From: Eledone cirrhosa
Taxonomy: Eukaryota
NCBI GenBank assembly: GCA_964016885.1
Contig: OZ024742.1
Coordinates: 153,016,001-153,080,000, forward strand
DNA length: 64,000 nt
Reading direction: 5' to 3'
Of this stretch, positions 36,920 through 52,939 are shown one piece after another. Position numbers and translations under genes: made by a program. The number at the start of each line of letters is the position of its first letter. The first letter of the stretch is position 1. Below the pieces are notes generated by a model. That model saw only the letters and a list, made by a program, of their open reading frames with translations. It was not told where the DNA came from and searched no databases.

Positions 36920-38113
36920 TAGTGAATATTATATAACATTGTTTATTTTATTTTTTTATGTTGCGGGAATTTACCGTTGTTCTGTGCTATATTGTTCTTA
37001 TTGCATTATGTATTTTTAACTGTTCACTTACAGGTGTGTTTATATATGTATGTGGGGTAACTCATGTGTGTGTAGGCAGGTATGCATGCGTGCAGGTGTA
37101 TGCATATGGCAACACGTATGCGTATGCATGTGTAAATGTATGTATATCGGTATATGCGTATGTATTTGTATGTATATGTGTGTATGTGCGTACGCATGTT
37201 AAGTTGTCTCTTTTCTCTTGTGTGTATATATCTATATATATGTATATAAAAAAATATATATATATGTGTGTGCGTGTATGTACGTGTTTAGATAATGTTT
37301 ATGTACGTATGTGTGTTCGTATATATGTGTGGACATGTGTGAGTATACATTTATATATGTGTGTGTGTGTTTATATCTATATGTGCGCGCGTATGTATGT
37401 GTATGTTTGAGTAGGATACGCTCATCCCAATTGATACAGAGCGCGAAGTAAACAGCCGTCAGAAGACTCGTGGTGACATGTATCAACAAGTGGATGTGAA
37501 TGGGTCCGTGTAAGTGAGGGAGAGACGGTGTGTGAGTATATATACTTCGATGTATGTATTCGGGGGCGTGTGTGTCTGCGCATGTAGGCGTACGTGTGTG
37601 TATTCATAGCTGGGTATGTGTCTGCATGTGTGTGTGTTTTTATGTGTGTATTTTAGTATGAGTTGGTGCCTACTCTGAAGTGTGAGCAGACGGTTGAAGT
37701 ACTGAACCCAGCATTACTCCATTGAAATGTGTCGGACGGAAAAATGGTTGATGAACCGTGTGGCAGCAGATACTGACCACAACTTGTGATGACGTGGAGT
37801 AAAAATAGCCTATGGCATGACAACGGTGGAAATAGGGTTTTCGAGGTTGATAACACCCCAGTGATGAAATTTGCTCCGGACGTATCACCCGTGTCTGAAT
37901 TAAACCGCAGAAGTAGAATCAGCGAGACCCATATAAGGACCATGAGTCGAGCTACATGCCGGCGGAACATTTGTAATACGAAATAAACTAAGTCCAGATG
38001 CATCACTGATTTTTTGTTTTCTTTATAATATCTACACTCTCCTCTGATGAATATCGAGTGCTAATTTTAGCATACCGTCTATGGAAGCACCATAGCTACC
38101 ACTATACACAACT

Positions 38114-38206
<93 letters not shown>

Positions 38207-38400
38207 GATAAATCTACCAAAAGTTTACGGTTATGTCCAATCCGTATGAAGAACTCAATGTATTCTGGATATCATGAATAGAAGAGATGCATTCAAAATC
38301 ACTTTCGGTGAAAGATAAACGGAATACAGAGTCAAGATAAATTATTAAAAAAATAATGAATAAACAAAGAAACAGTTCCTTATATTAAACAAAAAAAGTT

Positions 38401-38539
38401 CATTATTTTACGATCGTTTCTAGGACATATATGTGTTAGAATTGGTATGCATATTCAAAAGATCTATGTACAAAATTATACAAACTATCAAAGAGAATAT
38501 ACATACCTTCACATATATATGCTGTCTTCAGAAATAATG
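38401..38539 (-). ncRNA. Type I HHR with very long stem II
   Basis: Mirror of 43332-43470. Confidence 0.75.
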
Positions 38540-38780
38540 ATGCATTGATAATAAAAATAATTCAAAATTACAGGTCTGTTTGGGAACAGATTTTAAATAG
38601 ACCAATGAAATACATAAAAATTTATCAAGAAAATACAGTTAGGTGTGTGTATATATGTATGTAAATCCGTTCACAGATGTGCATAAAATTGTATGTTCAT
38701 ATGTATGCGCATGTTGAAAAAGTGTATGTAAATATAAAAATTTAGGGCTACTGTATCTGCATGTCTACAATCTACAGACA

Positions 38781-38865
<85 letters not shown>

Positions 38866-38922
38866 TATATACACATACACATACATACATGCACACACAT
38901 ACACATACATACATACATACAT

Positions 38923-38953
<31 letters not shown>

Positions 38954-39314
38954 TACAAATATATTATTATTATAACTATATGGATATTGAGGCGCTCACA
39001 TAAACACGCCCACACACACTTACATTCAGATGCAGAAGTAAAGGAGGTAAGGGAGTAAGTAATTAAAGGAAAGTGTCAACCTTGACATACTAATAAGAAT
39101 GTATCCACAAGAAATATAAAAAAACATAAAAAAACATAAAAGAGAGACATAAAATATACATGCTTATATACACACGCACATTTACACATCCATACGTTCG
39201 ATACATACATACGTACACACACACACTTACGCATACTTAACCTCACGCATATTAACCTGTTTGTATGCATACACATAAAAATAAGTAAAACATATACCCA
39301 TACATATAAATACA

Positions 39315-39357
<43 letters not shown>

Positions 39358-39397
39358 ACACACATACATATATATACATATACACACACATATATAT

Positions 39398-39436
<39 letters not shown>

Positions 39437-39456
39437 TATATATATATATACATATA

Positions 39457-39487
<31 letters not shown>

Positions 39488-40019
39488 ACACACACACACA
39501 CAAACCCATGTATATATACACAACCACACACACACGCACACACTCAGACATACATATATATAGAGACATACACACACATATATGTATATATATATATATA
39601 TTTATATAAATACACACAGTCAGACACATATGCACACACATACACATACATACACACATCTCTACAAATACATATACATACACATACATAGATACACATA
39701 TATATACACATACATATAATATATATATATGTGCATATACACTCATACACACACTTCCATGCGCACATATGTATTTTTATACTCACATACAAACACACAA
39801 ACATACATACACACTTACATACACATACATACATCCACGCTTACAAATACAAATAATTATTGGGGGGGGGGGGTGAAGGGGGATTAAAATTATTAGTGGG
39901 AAATAGTAAATATATAGGTTTCAAGGAACATAGAATATTAATCTGCAGTTAAATTATTATATGTGTTTACATAGTTGTATCGGTTTTAGGAAATGGTATT
40001 TGTAAGAAAGAAGGCTAAA

Positions 40020-40945
40020 TTATGTATTTTAATATAAGTAGAATATTAATTATAGGTTAACTAAAGTAAAAATAGTTAATATATTAATTTCTAAGGTGTA
40101 TACTACTTAGGTTTATAATATTTAAAGCGGAATTTTGAAGTTAAACAGTAGTAGAGTATTAATTATAGCATAACTAAATTAAAAATAATTACATATATTA
40201 ACATGATGGTATCAAATTTAGGAAATGAATTTTGTAATAGGGAAAGCCAAATAAAGTATTTCATCGGTAGTAGAATATTAATTATAGGTTAACTAAATTA
40301 AAAATTATATATTAATTTCTATAGTATATGTTAATTAGGTTTATAATAATTAAAGCAAAATTATTGTATTTTATCTATAGTAGAATTTTTAATTGTAGGA
40401 TAACTAAAATAAAAAATAATCTATATATTAATTTGTAAAGTGTATATTAATTAGGTATATATTTAAAAGTTTTTCTCAGTTTATGATACACGATATTCTG
40501 CAATCCATCTGTATTAGAATTTTAATTATATGCTAACTAAATTAAAATTATAGGTTAACTAAATTAAAATTAATTTATATATTAATTTCTAAATTGTATA
40601 TTAATAAGGTTTATAATATTAAAAATTATTTCTCCGTTATTAATTACACGATATTTTGTTGTATTTCATCTGTAAAAGAATTTTAATAATAGGTTAAATA
40701 AACTAAAATTAATCTATATATTAATTTCCAAAGTATATATTAATTATGTTAATAATATTTAAATGTTTTTCACAGTTTATGATTATACGATATTTTTTAA
40801 TTTATCTGTAGTAGAATATTAATTAAATTAAAATTATAGGTTAACTACATTAAAATTAATTTATATATTAAATTCTAAAATATATATTATTAATTAGGTT
40901 TATAATATTTAACTGTTTTTCTCAGTTTATGATTACACGATATAA
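40020..40945 (-). repeat. Degenerate tandem repeats (~110-150 bp) derived from the ORF end and proximal 3'UTR
   Basis: Recurrent GTAGAATATTAATTATAGGTTAACTAAATTAAAA and GTTTTTCTCAGTTTATGATTACACGATAT. Confidence 0.75.
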
Positions 40946-42780
40946 TTAATTCTTGTCGCTTATTTAATAGGATATCCTTAGATTTCCTTATTTCAAATAG
41001 TTCTTGGGAACACAATCTACATTCATTTCTATTATTTTGATAAGAGGTGGCTCTTTTGAGCACACTCCAGGTCATATCATATTTTATATTCTTATTTCTA
41101 TAACTATTAATTTTTTCTGCTAGAGATGTTGTATTGGCCAGTGCGGCATTTTTAAAACTATGTTTGTGGGTATTAAACCTTGTCTTAACATTGTTAGAAG
41201 TAGCTCCTATATATGAGCAAATAGAATCCTTAGTTTTAACTTTACATCTATAAACTATGTTGTTAACAAGACAATTTCCTTTTAATGGGCAGTTTGCCTT
41301 GTTTCTACAGTTACAACCTTTCGTTAATTCTGTATTTGAGGAGATATTATGGTTAGTTTGATGTATTGGTGGTATACTTATGTGTTTTTTACATTTATAT
41401 GCATTATAGGCACTTATATTTTGTTTTATGTTTTTGGTTGTTGAGTATGAGAATTTAACTGTTGATCTATTTAAGATTTGATGGTATTTGTGGTTTGGCG
41501 GGAAGTTTTTCTCTAGGATATTAAAATTTTTTTTAGGTATATTATCCTTAATTTGTAAATTAAATGGAGCATTATACCAAGTAACTCGTCTATTACGGTT
41601 TCTATGTTGTTTATCGTTTTTATAGGATGCATCCTGATGTTTACTAGGAGGATTAATGTTAATGAACACACCACGCACATTTTTAGTTAGATTTATTGAT
41701 TTAGGTGTTTTAGCTTGTTTATTAGGAGTTTTATTATTAACATTTATTAGAGTTGTATGATGAGTAGTTTTTTGAGAGTTACTATACTTTATATTAGAGG
41801 AGCTAGAGAAATTTGGTTTTATGTTGGTATTTTGGTGTATAGTGTGAGTGACATTTAGGTGTGTACTTTTCATTTGGTGTTTGTTGGTAATTTTAGGTTG
41901 TATGTTTATAGTGTTATTAATAGAAGGTATATATTCCAATTTATTTTTGTGGCCACTTCTATCTAGAGCTTCGTTATAGAAGGTCGCATTTTTATTAAAT
42001 ACATCTTGGTTAGACGAAAGGTTAGAAATTCTAAGTGATATATTATATGCAAGGTTTTTAAGGATAGATTTAGGGTGATTAGATTGTGAGTGTATGTAGT
42101 GTAAGTTTTGGTTGGGTTTATGGTAAGGTTGGTAGATACCCGTAGCTAAGTCTAAAGTTATATCTAGGAAATTAACTACTTTACTTGTGTTTTCAAAAGT
42201 AATATCAAGACTATAATAGTCTTTAAGGAAAGCTCTAATAAGCTTTTTTGTTTTTTTTCTATTCCTGAGAGGCTAAGGTTGTTGGAAAGAAGAAGACAGT
42301 CATCACGATATAAACCACCTTTAAGGTGGGGAAAGGAAGCATTTATGTTAAAAAGAAGAAAGAGGCCCACAAGATCAGTAATTTGGGCAGAATCGCTTGA
42401 ACCCATAGTAATATCAAATAGATTACTATATGTGTTTCTGGTCCAGTATTCATTCTGAAATTCAATAAGTGTTAGTCTAGCATGTGTAATAATATTAATG
42501 TCATCCAAAGTTAAGTTAGATCTATTTTTAGCAAATATCAAAGCTTTGTTAAGGAGTATAGGTGATATAGAAGAATAGTAATTATCTATATCAAATTGTA
42601 GAAATGAAGCAGAAGATTTACATCTAATATTATTAAACCAGTTAATTACCTGGGAAGTGTTTTCCCAGAGTGGTAAATTAACATGTTTTCTTATTTGTGG
42701 GATGAATCTATCCAAAATTTTTTTGCTAATTATTCCAATATCCGATTTGGAGGGACATATAAGTCTGACATAAGGTTGAC
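40890..42780 (-). pseudogene. Naiad-type RT + GIY-YIG coding relic with one frameshifted region
   Basis: ORF-track pieces 42176-42715 (RT core) and 40890-41939 (linker + endonuclease). Confidence 0.92.
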
Positions 42781-42897
42781 GCTTTCCTTTAATTACTTAC
42801 TCCCTTACCTCCTTTACTTCTGCATCTGAATGTAAGTGTGTGTGGGCGTGTTTATGTGAGCGCCTCAATATCCATATAGTTATAATAATAATATATT

Positions 42898-42966
<69 letters not shown>

Positions 42967-43027
42967 ATGTAAGTATGTGTATGTATGTGTATGTGTATAT
43001 ATATATGTATATAAATATATATATATG

Positions 43028-43084
<57 letters not shown>

Positions 43085-43331
43085 TGTCTGTAGATTGTAG
43101 ACATGCAGATACATTAGCCCTAAATTTTTATATTTACATACACTTTTTCAACATGCGCATACATATGAACATACAATTTTATGCACATCTGTGAACGGAT
43201 TTACATACATATATACACACACCTAACTGTATTTTCTTGATAAATTTTTATGTATTTCATTGGTATATTTAAAATCTGTTCACAAACAGACCTGTAATTT
43301 TGAATTATTGTTATTATCAATAAATATGCAT

Positions 43332-43470
43332 CATTATTTCTGAAGACAGCATATATATGTGAAGGTATGTATATTCTCTTTGATAGTTTGTATAATTTTG
43401 TACATAGATCTTTTGAATATGCATACCAATTCTAACACATATATGTCCTAGAAACGATCGTAAAATAATG
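43332..43470 (+). ncRNA. Type I HHR with very long stem II
   Basis: CAUUAUUU-CUGAAGA(43340-43346)-~104 nt imperfect hairpin-GAA-ACGAUCGU-A|AAAUAAUG; 8-bp stem I, palindromic stem III. Confidence 0.8.
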
Positions 43471-43528
43471 AACTTTTTTTGTTTAATATAAGGAACTGTT
43501 TCTTTGTTTATTCATTATTTTTTTAATA

Positions 43529-43562
<34 letters not shown>

Positions 43563-44169
43563 TAATATAGATGAGATTCTACAGGACTAGAACTGTCTCA
43601 TTCTAGAATCTAGAATCTCATCTATATTAGAACTTTTATACTCTGCAATGTATTGAGTGCCTTACTTACTGTGGTTACCTCCGATTCAACCAGAAATAAC
43701 GTATATATATATATCAATTATAAAATTAACTTACTTACTAAAATGTATATATATGTTACTATATATAAATCCTTTATAATTATCTCCAAATTATTTGTCG
43801 AGCAATATTGGTCATGACTGCTGCTATAGTAGTAGGCAGGCCGCTGTCTTATTAGCAAACCACTTTCCACTGATTGACCTCGATGTCACGTGATTGATTC
43901 ATTTGAATTTGCCACAGACGTAGAGGCAGTGATTTTCTCAATGGCTAGGAATTCAGTCCACGCTTTGCTATTTCCTATCCACTGAATTATTTTTTAATGA
44001 GTTTCCGGAGTCCTCGCCTTGCCTGGTAACTTGGATGAAAATAGACTTCCCTGACGACGGAATGCTTTTGTATATCTTCTTCGGAAAATTGATTTACTCC
44101 ATTCCAGAAACTAATTAGTTGGAAGTGATATTTTAGTAAGTTAATTTTATAATTTTCTTACTTTACGTT

Positions 44170-44231
<62 letters not shown>

Positions 44232-44264
44232 CAATACAAATTTTATATATGTATTTATATACAC

Positions 44265-44306
<42 letters not shown>

Positions 44307-44333
44307 ATATATATATATATATATACATATATG

Positions 44334-44367
<34 letters not shown>

Positions 44368-44369
44368 CA

Positions 44370-44401
<32 letters not shown>

Positions 44402-44476
44402 CATGTATCTATATATATACATGTATATATATATATATATATATGTATATATAAATATATATATATATATATATAA

Positions 44477-46089
<1,613 letters not shown>

Positions 46090-46267
46090 GTATATATAAA
46101 GGAACGACCGACTTTCGTCAAATCGGACCGAGGAAACAATGTTTCCGTTTGTCTTTTCAAATGCTAATACTATCTGTCTCTCTTCCTGCTATTTCAAACG
46201 TTAACCTAATATATTGCTTACATATACTGTACCGATTGTGTTGTTATTTCTCTTTACCTCTTACACA

Positions 46268-46368
<101 letters not shown>

Positions 46369-46379
46369 ATATCTATATA

Positions 46380-47261
46380 CTACTGTACGTCTGTATACAT
46401 ATATATATGTATGTGTACATACTTATATTTAAGTAACAGCCGTACTAAGAGTGGGAAATGAAATTTCGTTTCATTATTTCCGATTATCATTCTCTGTGCT
46501 GCCGGCCGATTAACCCACTCGATATGCAAATTGGGCTACTCATCCGTTAATATGCATAAGGTAAGTATATACGTTCAACAATCTGGCAGGAAGGTATACA
46601 TTGCTGACGATAGCTAATAAGCTTGAAACTAGTACAGCGTTCCTTTGTCAGTGTTGAACAAACGAGCAACGATGGTTGCTAGACACTACGGCATAATACG
46701 GGATGTTTGTTTACAAACACACCGAGCATTATAATAAATGTTCGGTGAATCCATAAGTACATATATATGTGTGCATGTATGTATATATATATATATACAT
46801 ACTACTGTACGTCTGTATACATATATGTATGTACGTGTACATACTTATATTTAAGTAACAGTCGTACTAAGTGTGGGAAATGAAATTTCGTTTCATTTTT
46901 TCCGTCTATCGTTTTCGGTAAACACGGCCGATTAACCCACTCGATATGCAAATTGGGCTACTCAGCCGTTAATATGCATAAGGTAAGTATATACGTTCAA
47001 CAATCTGGCAGGAAGGTATACGTTGCTGACTATAGCTAATCAGCTTGAAACTAGTACAGCGTTCCTTTGTCAGTGTTGAACAAACTAGCAACGATGGTTG
47101 CTAGACACTACGGCTTAATACGAGATGTTTGTTTACAAACACACCAAGCATTACAATAAATGTTCGGTGAATCCATACGTACATATATGTGTGTGCATGT
47201 ATGTATATATATATACATACTACTGTACGTCTGTATACATATATGTATGTACGTGTACATA

Positions 47262-47270
<9 letters not shown>
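46380..47270 (+). repeat. ~420-bp HHR-containing tandem repeat (~2.1 units), diverged relative of the 471-bp unit
   Basis: HHR 46599-46639 (CUGACGA..GAAACUAGUA|CAGCG) and 47021-47061 (G8 mutated); shares ATATGCAAATT and CAGTGTTGAACAA blocks with the 471-bp unit. Confidence 0.85.
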
Positions 47271-47348
<78 letters not shown>

Positions 47349-48821
47349 TCATATGCATTCATATATATTTATACATATAAAATTATATGTGTTCATATAT
47401 ATATATCTATATATATATGTACAGTCACATATATATGTTTGGGCTGTATCTATTAATTTGCTTTTATTTTTCATGTATGATTATGTTTATAATGTTAGAG
47501 TCCATAGCTCATTAGACTGTTTACTGGAAAGTGAATGTCTTAGGAAAAAAAAAAAAAAATATCTATATATATATAAAACACTGTTTATATTCTAATATTA
47601 CTAATATTACTTATATTCCGAATGGAGCGACATAGTTTTTGACAGAAAACAAATCTTGAAAATACTCTATATATTAAGACACCTGCTGTCATATGAAGCT
47701 ACACAATCTCGTTAGCTTGCTATTATCCCTAAATATATTTGTTTACAAATCACAAATGTTTTTGTAGTCGTCTTGTTTAATTTACATTATCATACAAGAC
47801 AGTATTTGAAGAGGTTTTTATAAGTAACACACAAACCATCGCAAAAATTTTCATCGTAAATTATAATAGCTTCTTCTCCTGACGTTTATAAAATGTTTAA
47901 ATGGGAATCGATTACTTCCGTAGAAATATGTGATATTTTAGGGAGGAAGTACGTATGGATAATATTTTTTTTATAAAGGATCTCGGTAAAACTTGATAAA
48001 ATGTTTGAATGTTTACTTTGTATAGTGATATGCAACGTATATAAGAAAGCGTAGCAGATGTTTGGATTTGACTATAAACTAAATGCAGTAAAAATATTGA
48101 TCTCCCAAAATAAATATTTTTTTTCACTAATTAATTGCACTGACTAAAAACGTAATGATATTTGCCGTTGGAAAAAATATTTCACCCTTCATTACAGAGA
48201 TACTCATATTCTGGGAGCGTCATATGTTGTTAATAAATGTATGTTTTTTTTTTACCTGCAGGTAGTGACATGATGGTCGGCTATCTGTAGTTTAGCTGTA
48301 GTGTCTTTATAGTAATATTGCGATTTATTAGAGGGGGGTTTGTTTGCGTGTAGCTCCTGAACGTTTATATTAAAGGAGTGACGTGTCTATTGAAGGGGGA
48401 ATGGATGTAGTTAAGTGGAATCATGTGTCCAATGGTGTACGCTGAATGGTGCTATACAGTGAAATTGTCTGGTGATTATAATATATTTGATATAATATAC
48501 TTGTTGGTTGAATGTATTGTATAAGGACGTATGTAATGATACGAATTTTAAAAACGTCTGTCAAAATATAATATATCTCCACTTACTATGTATAACATAC
48601 ATTCGGAAAAATCAGCGTATATTATTAGGAATGATGGTCAGCTGTATTTCTTGTCTATAATTAATGTCACATTTCATCCTTTTCCATTACTCTCAGAGGA
48701 AGTGTAACGTCTGAAAATAGATCATTCTCCTCGGGAAACGTATAAACGTCTCATATAAGCTTTATAGACATATTTTAGCTAGTTGCCAACAACACAGAAT
48801 TCCATACAAAGTAAATAATAG

Positions 48822-49192
48822 TTTCTGATTTAGGCAACACTTTGGAGGGAGGGGAAAGTCGAATAAAACGGGCTCCAGTGCATTACTGGTACTACATTAT
48901 CGACCCCGTAAGAATGAAAGGCAAAGCCATCCTTGGCGGGATTTGAACTCAGATCGTAAAGAACCAGAACTATATGCTGGCAAGAATGTTCTGCGATGGT
49001 CTACCGATAATTGTTTCTACTTTAGGCACAAGTCCAGCAATTACCCAGTGCATTACTGGTACTTTATTTTATCGACCCCGTGAGGATGAAAGGCAAAGTC
49101 AACCTCGGCGGGATTTGAACTCAGATCGTAAAGGGACGTCACTATGCTGGAAAGCATGGCGTCCGACCCTCTACCGATAATGCCAATCCACA
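48822..49192 (-). mobile_element. Two adjacent tRNA-derived SINE copies (~48822-49010 diverged; ~49010-49192)
   Basis: Reverse complement of the 7846-8027 consensus, twice. Confidence 0.85.
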
Positions 49193-49968
49193 TAGAAAGT
49201 AAATAATGAGGTTTAATTTAGGCACATGATCAGAATTAAAAGAACCAGAATAAATACCGTAGCGACATTTTTGTCGACACGCTAACGGTTCTGAAAATGC
49301 ACCATACATATGAATCAAACATTGCAATTTCAAATATCTAGCAATGTAGTTGTGCTTCGAGACATTAGATATATGCATATATATCTAATGATCTCGAATG
49401 AAAATGACTATCACATGATTGTTTTGATGCGATTTATAAAAAATGAAAATATCTTGCCAACCTTAACTCTTCCCGTTTTTCCTTTCTCTGTTTTCCATTT
49501 TTTTTTCTGTTGTTTCATTTTCTATTAAACTGTACTCGCAAGATATATTACAAAAAGGAAAAAATAATTTTTATATCTATTAATAATTGTCATCTAAAGC
49601 ATTGTCCAAGCAGATTACAGTTTCATCTCACGAAAAACTTACTGAGATTGGAGAGAGATGTTTGCAAATACTTTGCAACAAAATTCCTTTAGAATTTCAT
49701 GCATTTGCATATTTGCCGGGTACCATTCATTTCAATCACTGAAACTTGTAATATTTGCAACGTATGGAACATGGACTAGATATTGAGAAGAGGAAAACCG
49801 TAATAGACGTATAGGAAGTAATGTATTTATTATGTACATTCAGTCTCTCCTTTCATACAGGTGTATATGCACACACACACACACAGACACATGCATCCAC
49901 ACACACACACACCCACACACATAAACCCACACACAAACATACACACACGCACACACACACACATACAG

Positions 49969-50039
<71 letters not shown>

Positions 50040-50041
<2 letters not shown>

Positions 50042-50669
50042 AAGAGATGAAATCGAAAATGCAACTGGAGTCTTATTTTTTTTTTAAATATATATATTTA
50101 TTTGGTTCCTTTACCGGTTTCGCAGTTCTTCTGCTTTTCAAAAGGTGAGTTGAGATGGAGGGTCTGTGGTTTTTCTCACATCTGGTTGGTCTCTGAATGT
50201 TACTTGTTTTATATGGAAAAAGTGGCTCGAAATGCCAGGTTTTTCGAGAAGTAATTTGATTGGTTTGTCAATAATTATTTTAAATTTCGCGCCAGTTCGC
50301 GTTACAATAGTTCTTCAAATAAGAGAGGGGGGGGGGGTTGTCACAGGTTGTTTTTTCATATATGAGTGTTTGAATTTCTTTTTACTTGAAAAAAGGAGGC
50401 TCACGAAGGCTTTTTTTTGGTTGGTTATAAATGAAATTTGGCTGTCACGTGAACAAGATTTCATTACATTTTTGCGCCCTTATTTGGAAAACTATTATGT
50501 AGTCTTTATAGTGAATGTTATGACAATGGAGAGATAGTGGTCAAGAGAAAAGGGATTGGGAGAAATGTTCTGGTTCAGTGAATATGGCCAGCTCGCCGGG
50601 GTGCCAGAGTTCAGATTTTCTATTGAAGTGAAGATATGTATGTTTATTTGTGTGCTTGTGTGTGTGTAT

Positions 50670-50714
<45 letters not shown>

Positions 50715-52829
50715 TATGTGTGTATTGGAAGATGATTCTATTAGTAGAATACAGCCAAGATCAACTCCCATTTCTGGACATCTTAATCACAAAAAAAGAC
50801 ACAAATATCGAAACTGACATACACTACAAACCAACAGATTCCAAACAATATCTGCTATTCACCTCCAACCATCCAAAGCACACGAAGACGAACATTCCGT
50901 TTACCCTAGCAAGAAGAATTTGCACAATTGTCTCCAATTATGAAACGCGAAATAAAAGACTTCAAGAATTAAAGGAAATTATACTCGAGAGAGAGTACCC
51001 ACTATTACTAATAAATAATGGAATAGAAAGGGCTAAAGTAATAGGCATTGATGAATTACGGAAACAGAAACAAATTCAGGGTACGTCCAATATTCTATCA
51101 TATATCTCAACACACAACCCAAGAAATGCGGAAGCTTACAACACTATTCACAATAACATCCCACTACTAAAACAAAACCCAAGAATGAAAAAAGCTCTTG
51201 AAACACTCAAAATAATCAAAAGCAAAAGACAACCAAAATCACTGAAAACATTACTCACCAATGCCAAATTACCTACCACAAACCCACAACCAAGTATCAA
51301 ATAATGTGGTCGCTCTAATTTTGGAACCTGCACTCACCTCATTGAAGGCAACACGTATACATTTAAATCAGGACAACATTTTACTATAAAAAATCACTTC
51401 ACTTGCTCATCAAAAAATCTACTTTATGCCATTAAATGTAAAGGATGCAATGAAGATTATATAGGACAAACTAAACTCACACTCAGAAACAGAATGACAG
51501 TTCATCGCCAACAATTACGAGATCCAACCACGAGACAGATACCACTAAGTGCATATCTAGACATTTGCGCAAGTAATAAGACACCCAAATTCCAAATCTT
51601 CCCATTTTAACTTTGCGCTAACAATACAACAGAACAAATGCGAATAAATAAGGAAAATATGTTTATTCAAAAATATAGACCAACATTAAATAAGGTTTAA
51701 TATATATTATGTCAAAACCACAATATGACATACACACACACACATAACACCATCTACTTTAGAAAATAAAAACCCGAACTAAATAAATCTTAACATACGT
51801 TTGCACTGGCAATACAACAGCAAACACGAAAAAGTAAGGAAAATACGTTCATTCAAAAATATTCCTACTAAAGGAATCACTTTCCTACACACACACATAC
51901 ACACACACACAATATAATATATATATATTCTCTTCATCTTAACATGCTAACCATACTCCCACACACATAACACCCATACACACACATAACAACCCCCACG
52001 CCTACAACTCCCTCCCCATTTCTACTAATAGAACCACTTTCCTACACACATATATATATACACACACGCAACATATATATTCTCTCCATCTTAACATACT
52101 CGCACACACACACATAAAACCTATATACACACACACAACTCCCTCCCCCATCTCTACTAATAGAATCATCTTCCAATACACACATACACACACACATACA
52201 CATACACACACACAAGCACACAAATAAACATACATATCTTCACTTCAATAGAAAATCTGAACTCTGGCACCCCGGCGAGCTGGCCATATTCACTGAACCA
52301 GAACATTTCTCCCAATCCCTTTTCTCTTGACCACTATCTCTCCATTGTCATAACATTCACTATAAAGACTACATAATAGTTTTCCAAATAAGGGCGCAAA
52401 AATGTAATGAAAACTTGTTCACGTGACAGCCAAATTTCATTTATAACCAACCAAAAAAAAGCCTTCGTGAGCCTCCTTTTTTCAAGTAAAAAGAAATTCA
52501 AACACTCATATATGAAAAAACAACCTGTGACAACCCCCCCCTCTCTTATTTGAAGAACTATTGTAACGCGAACTGGCGCGAAATTTATTATAATTATTGA
52601 CAAACCAATCAAATTACTTCTCGAAAAACCTGGCATTTCGAGCCACTTTTTCCATATAAAACAAGTAACAATCAGAGACCAACCAGATGTGAGAAAAACC
52701 ACAGACCCTCCATCTCAACTCACCTTTTGAAAAGCAGAAGAACTGCGAAACCGGTAAAGGAACCAAATAAATATATATATTTTAAAAAAAAATAAGACTC
52801 CAGTTGCATTTTCGATTTCATCTCTTTTT
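50040..52829 (+). mobile_element. 5'-truncated Neptune-type PLE with ~700-bp inverted terminal arms
   Basis: 50749-51700 encodes LPFLDILI..YKPTDSKQYL..SNHP..IPFTLARRI..CG..C..FTCSSKNLLYAIKCKGCNEDYIGQT..RMTVH; 50040-50748 is the reverse complement of 52153-52829. Confidence 0.9.
52723..52760 (+). ncRNA. Minimal type I HHR, U3-A8 core variant (mirror at 50108-50145, minus strand)
   Basis: CCUU-UUGAAAA-GCAG-AAGAA-CUGC-GAA-ACCGGU-A|AAGG, followed by AATAAA. Confidence 0.78.
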
Positions 52830-52899
52830 CTTTATACTTTCACTCGTGTAGGACACCTCGGTTATTTTTCATTTTGTAAAAAAAACCTCACTTTCTAAT

Positions 52900-52939
<40 letters not shown>

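Larger units (their letters stand above)
30370..38025 (+). mobile_element. Fold-back Naiad-type PLE: central ORF relic flanked by long inverted 3'UTR/pLTR arms
   Basis: 30375-31625 is the reverse complement of 36920-38022; 32200-32835 is the reverse complement of 35845-36870 (with indels); degenerate HHR-like motifs at ~30423-30510(-) and ~37890-37980(+). Confidence 0.8.
38205..43533 (-). mobile_element. 5'-truncated Naiad-type PLE with inverted distal 3'UTR/pLTR at its 5' end
   Basis: ORF relic 40890-42780(-): VRLICPSK, FLQFDIDNYYSSI, MGSSDSAQITDLVG, GGLYRDD, WYNAPF, CNCRNKANCPL, YIGAT; 38338-39071 is the reverse complement of 42784-43533. Confidence 0.92.

Noticed and set aside
38040-38100. 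CTGATGA followed by a hairpin and GGAAGC
   Set aside because: GAAA core and stem I are missing; at best a dead HHR
48705-48752. CTGAAAA...GAAACG-TATAAA-CGTC
   Set aside because: G8 lost without compensation and no stem I or II pairing
47600-49800. Unique AT-rich sequence with a splice-site-like TTTTACCTGCAG/GTAG at ~48250
   Set aside because: No ORF or homology supports an exon; cannot call a host gene
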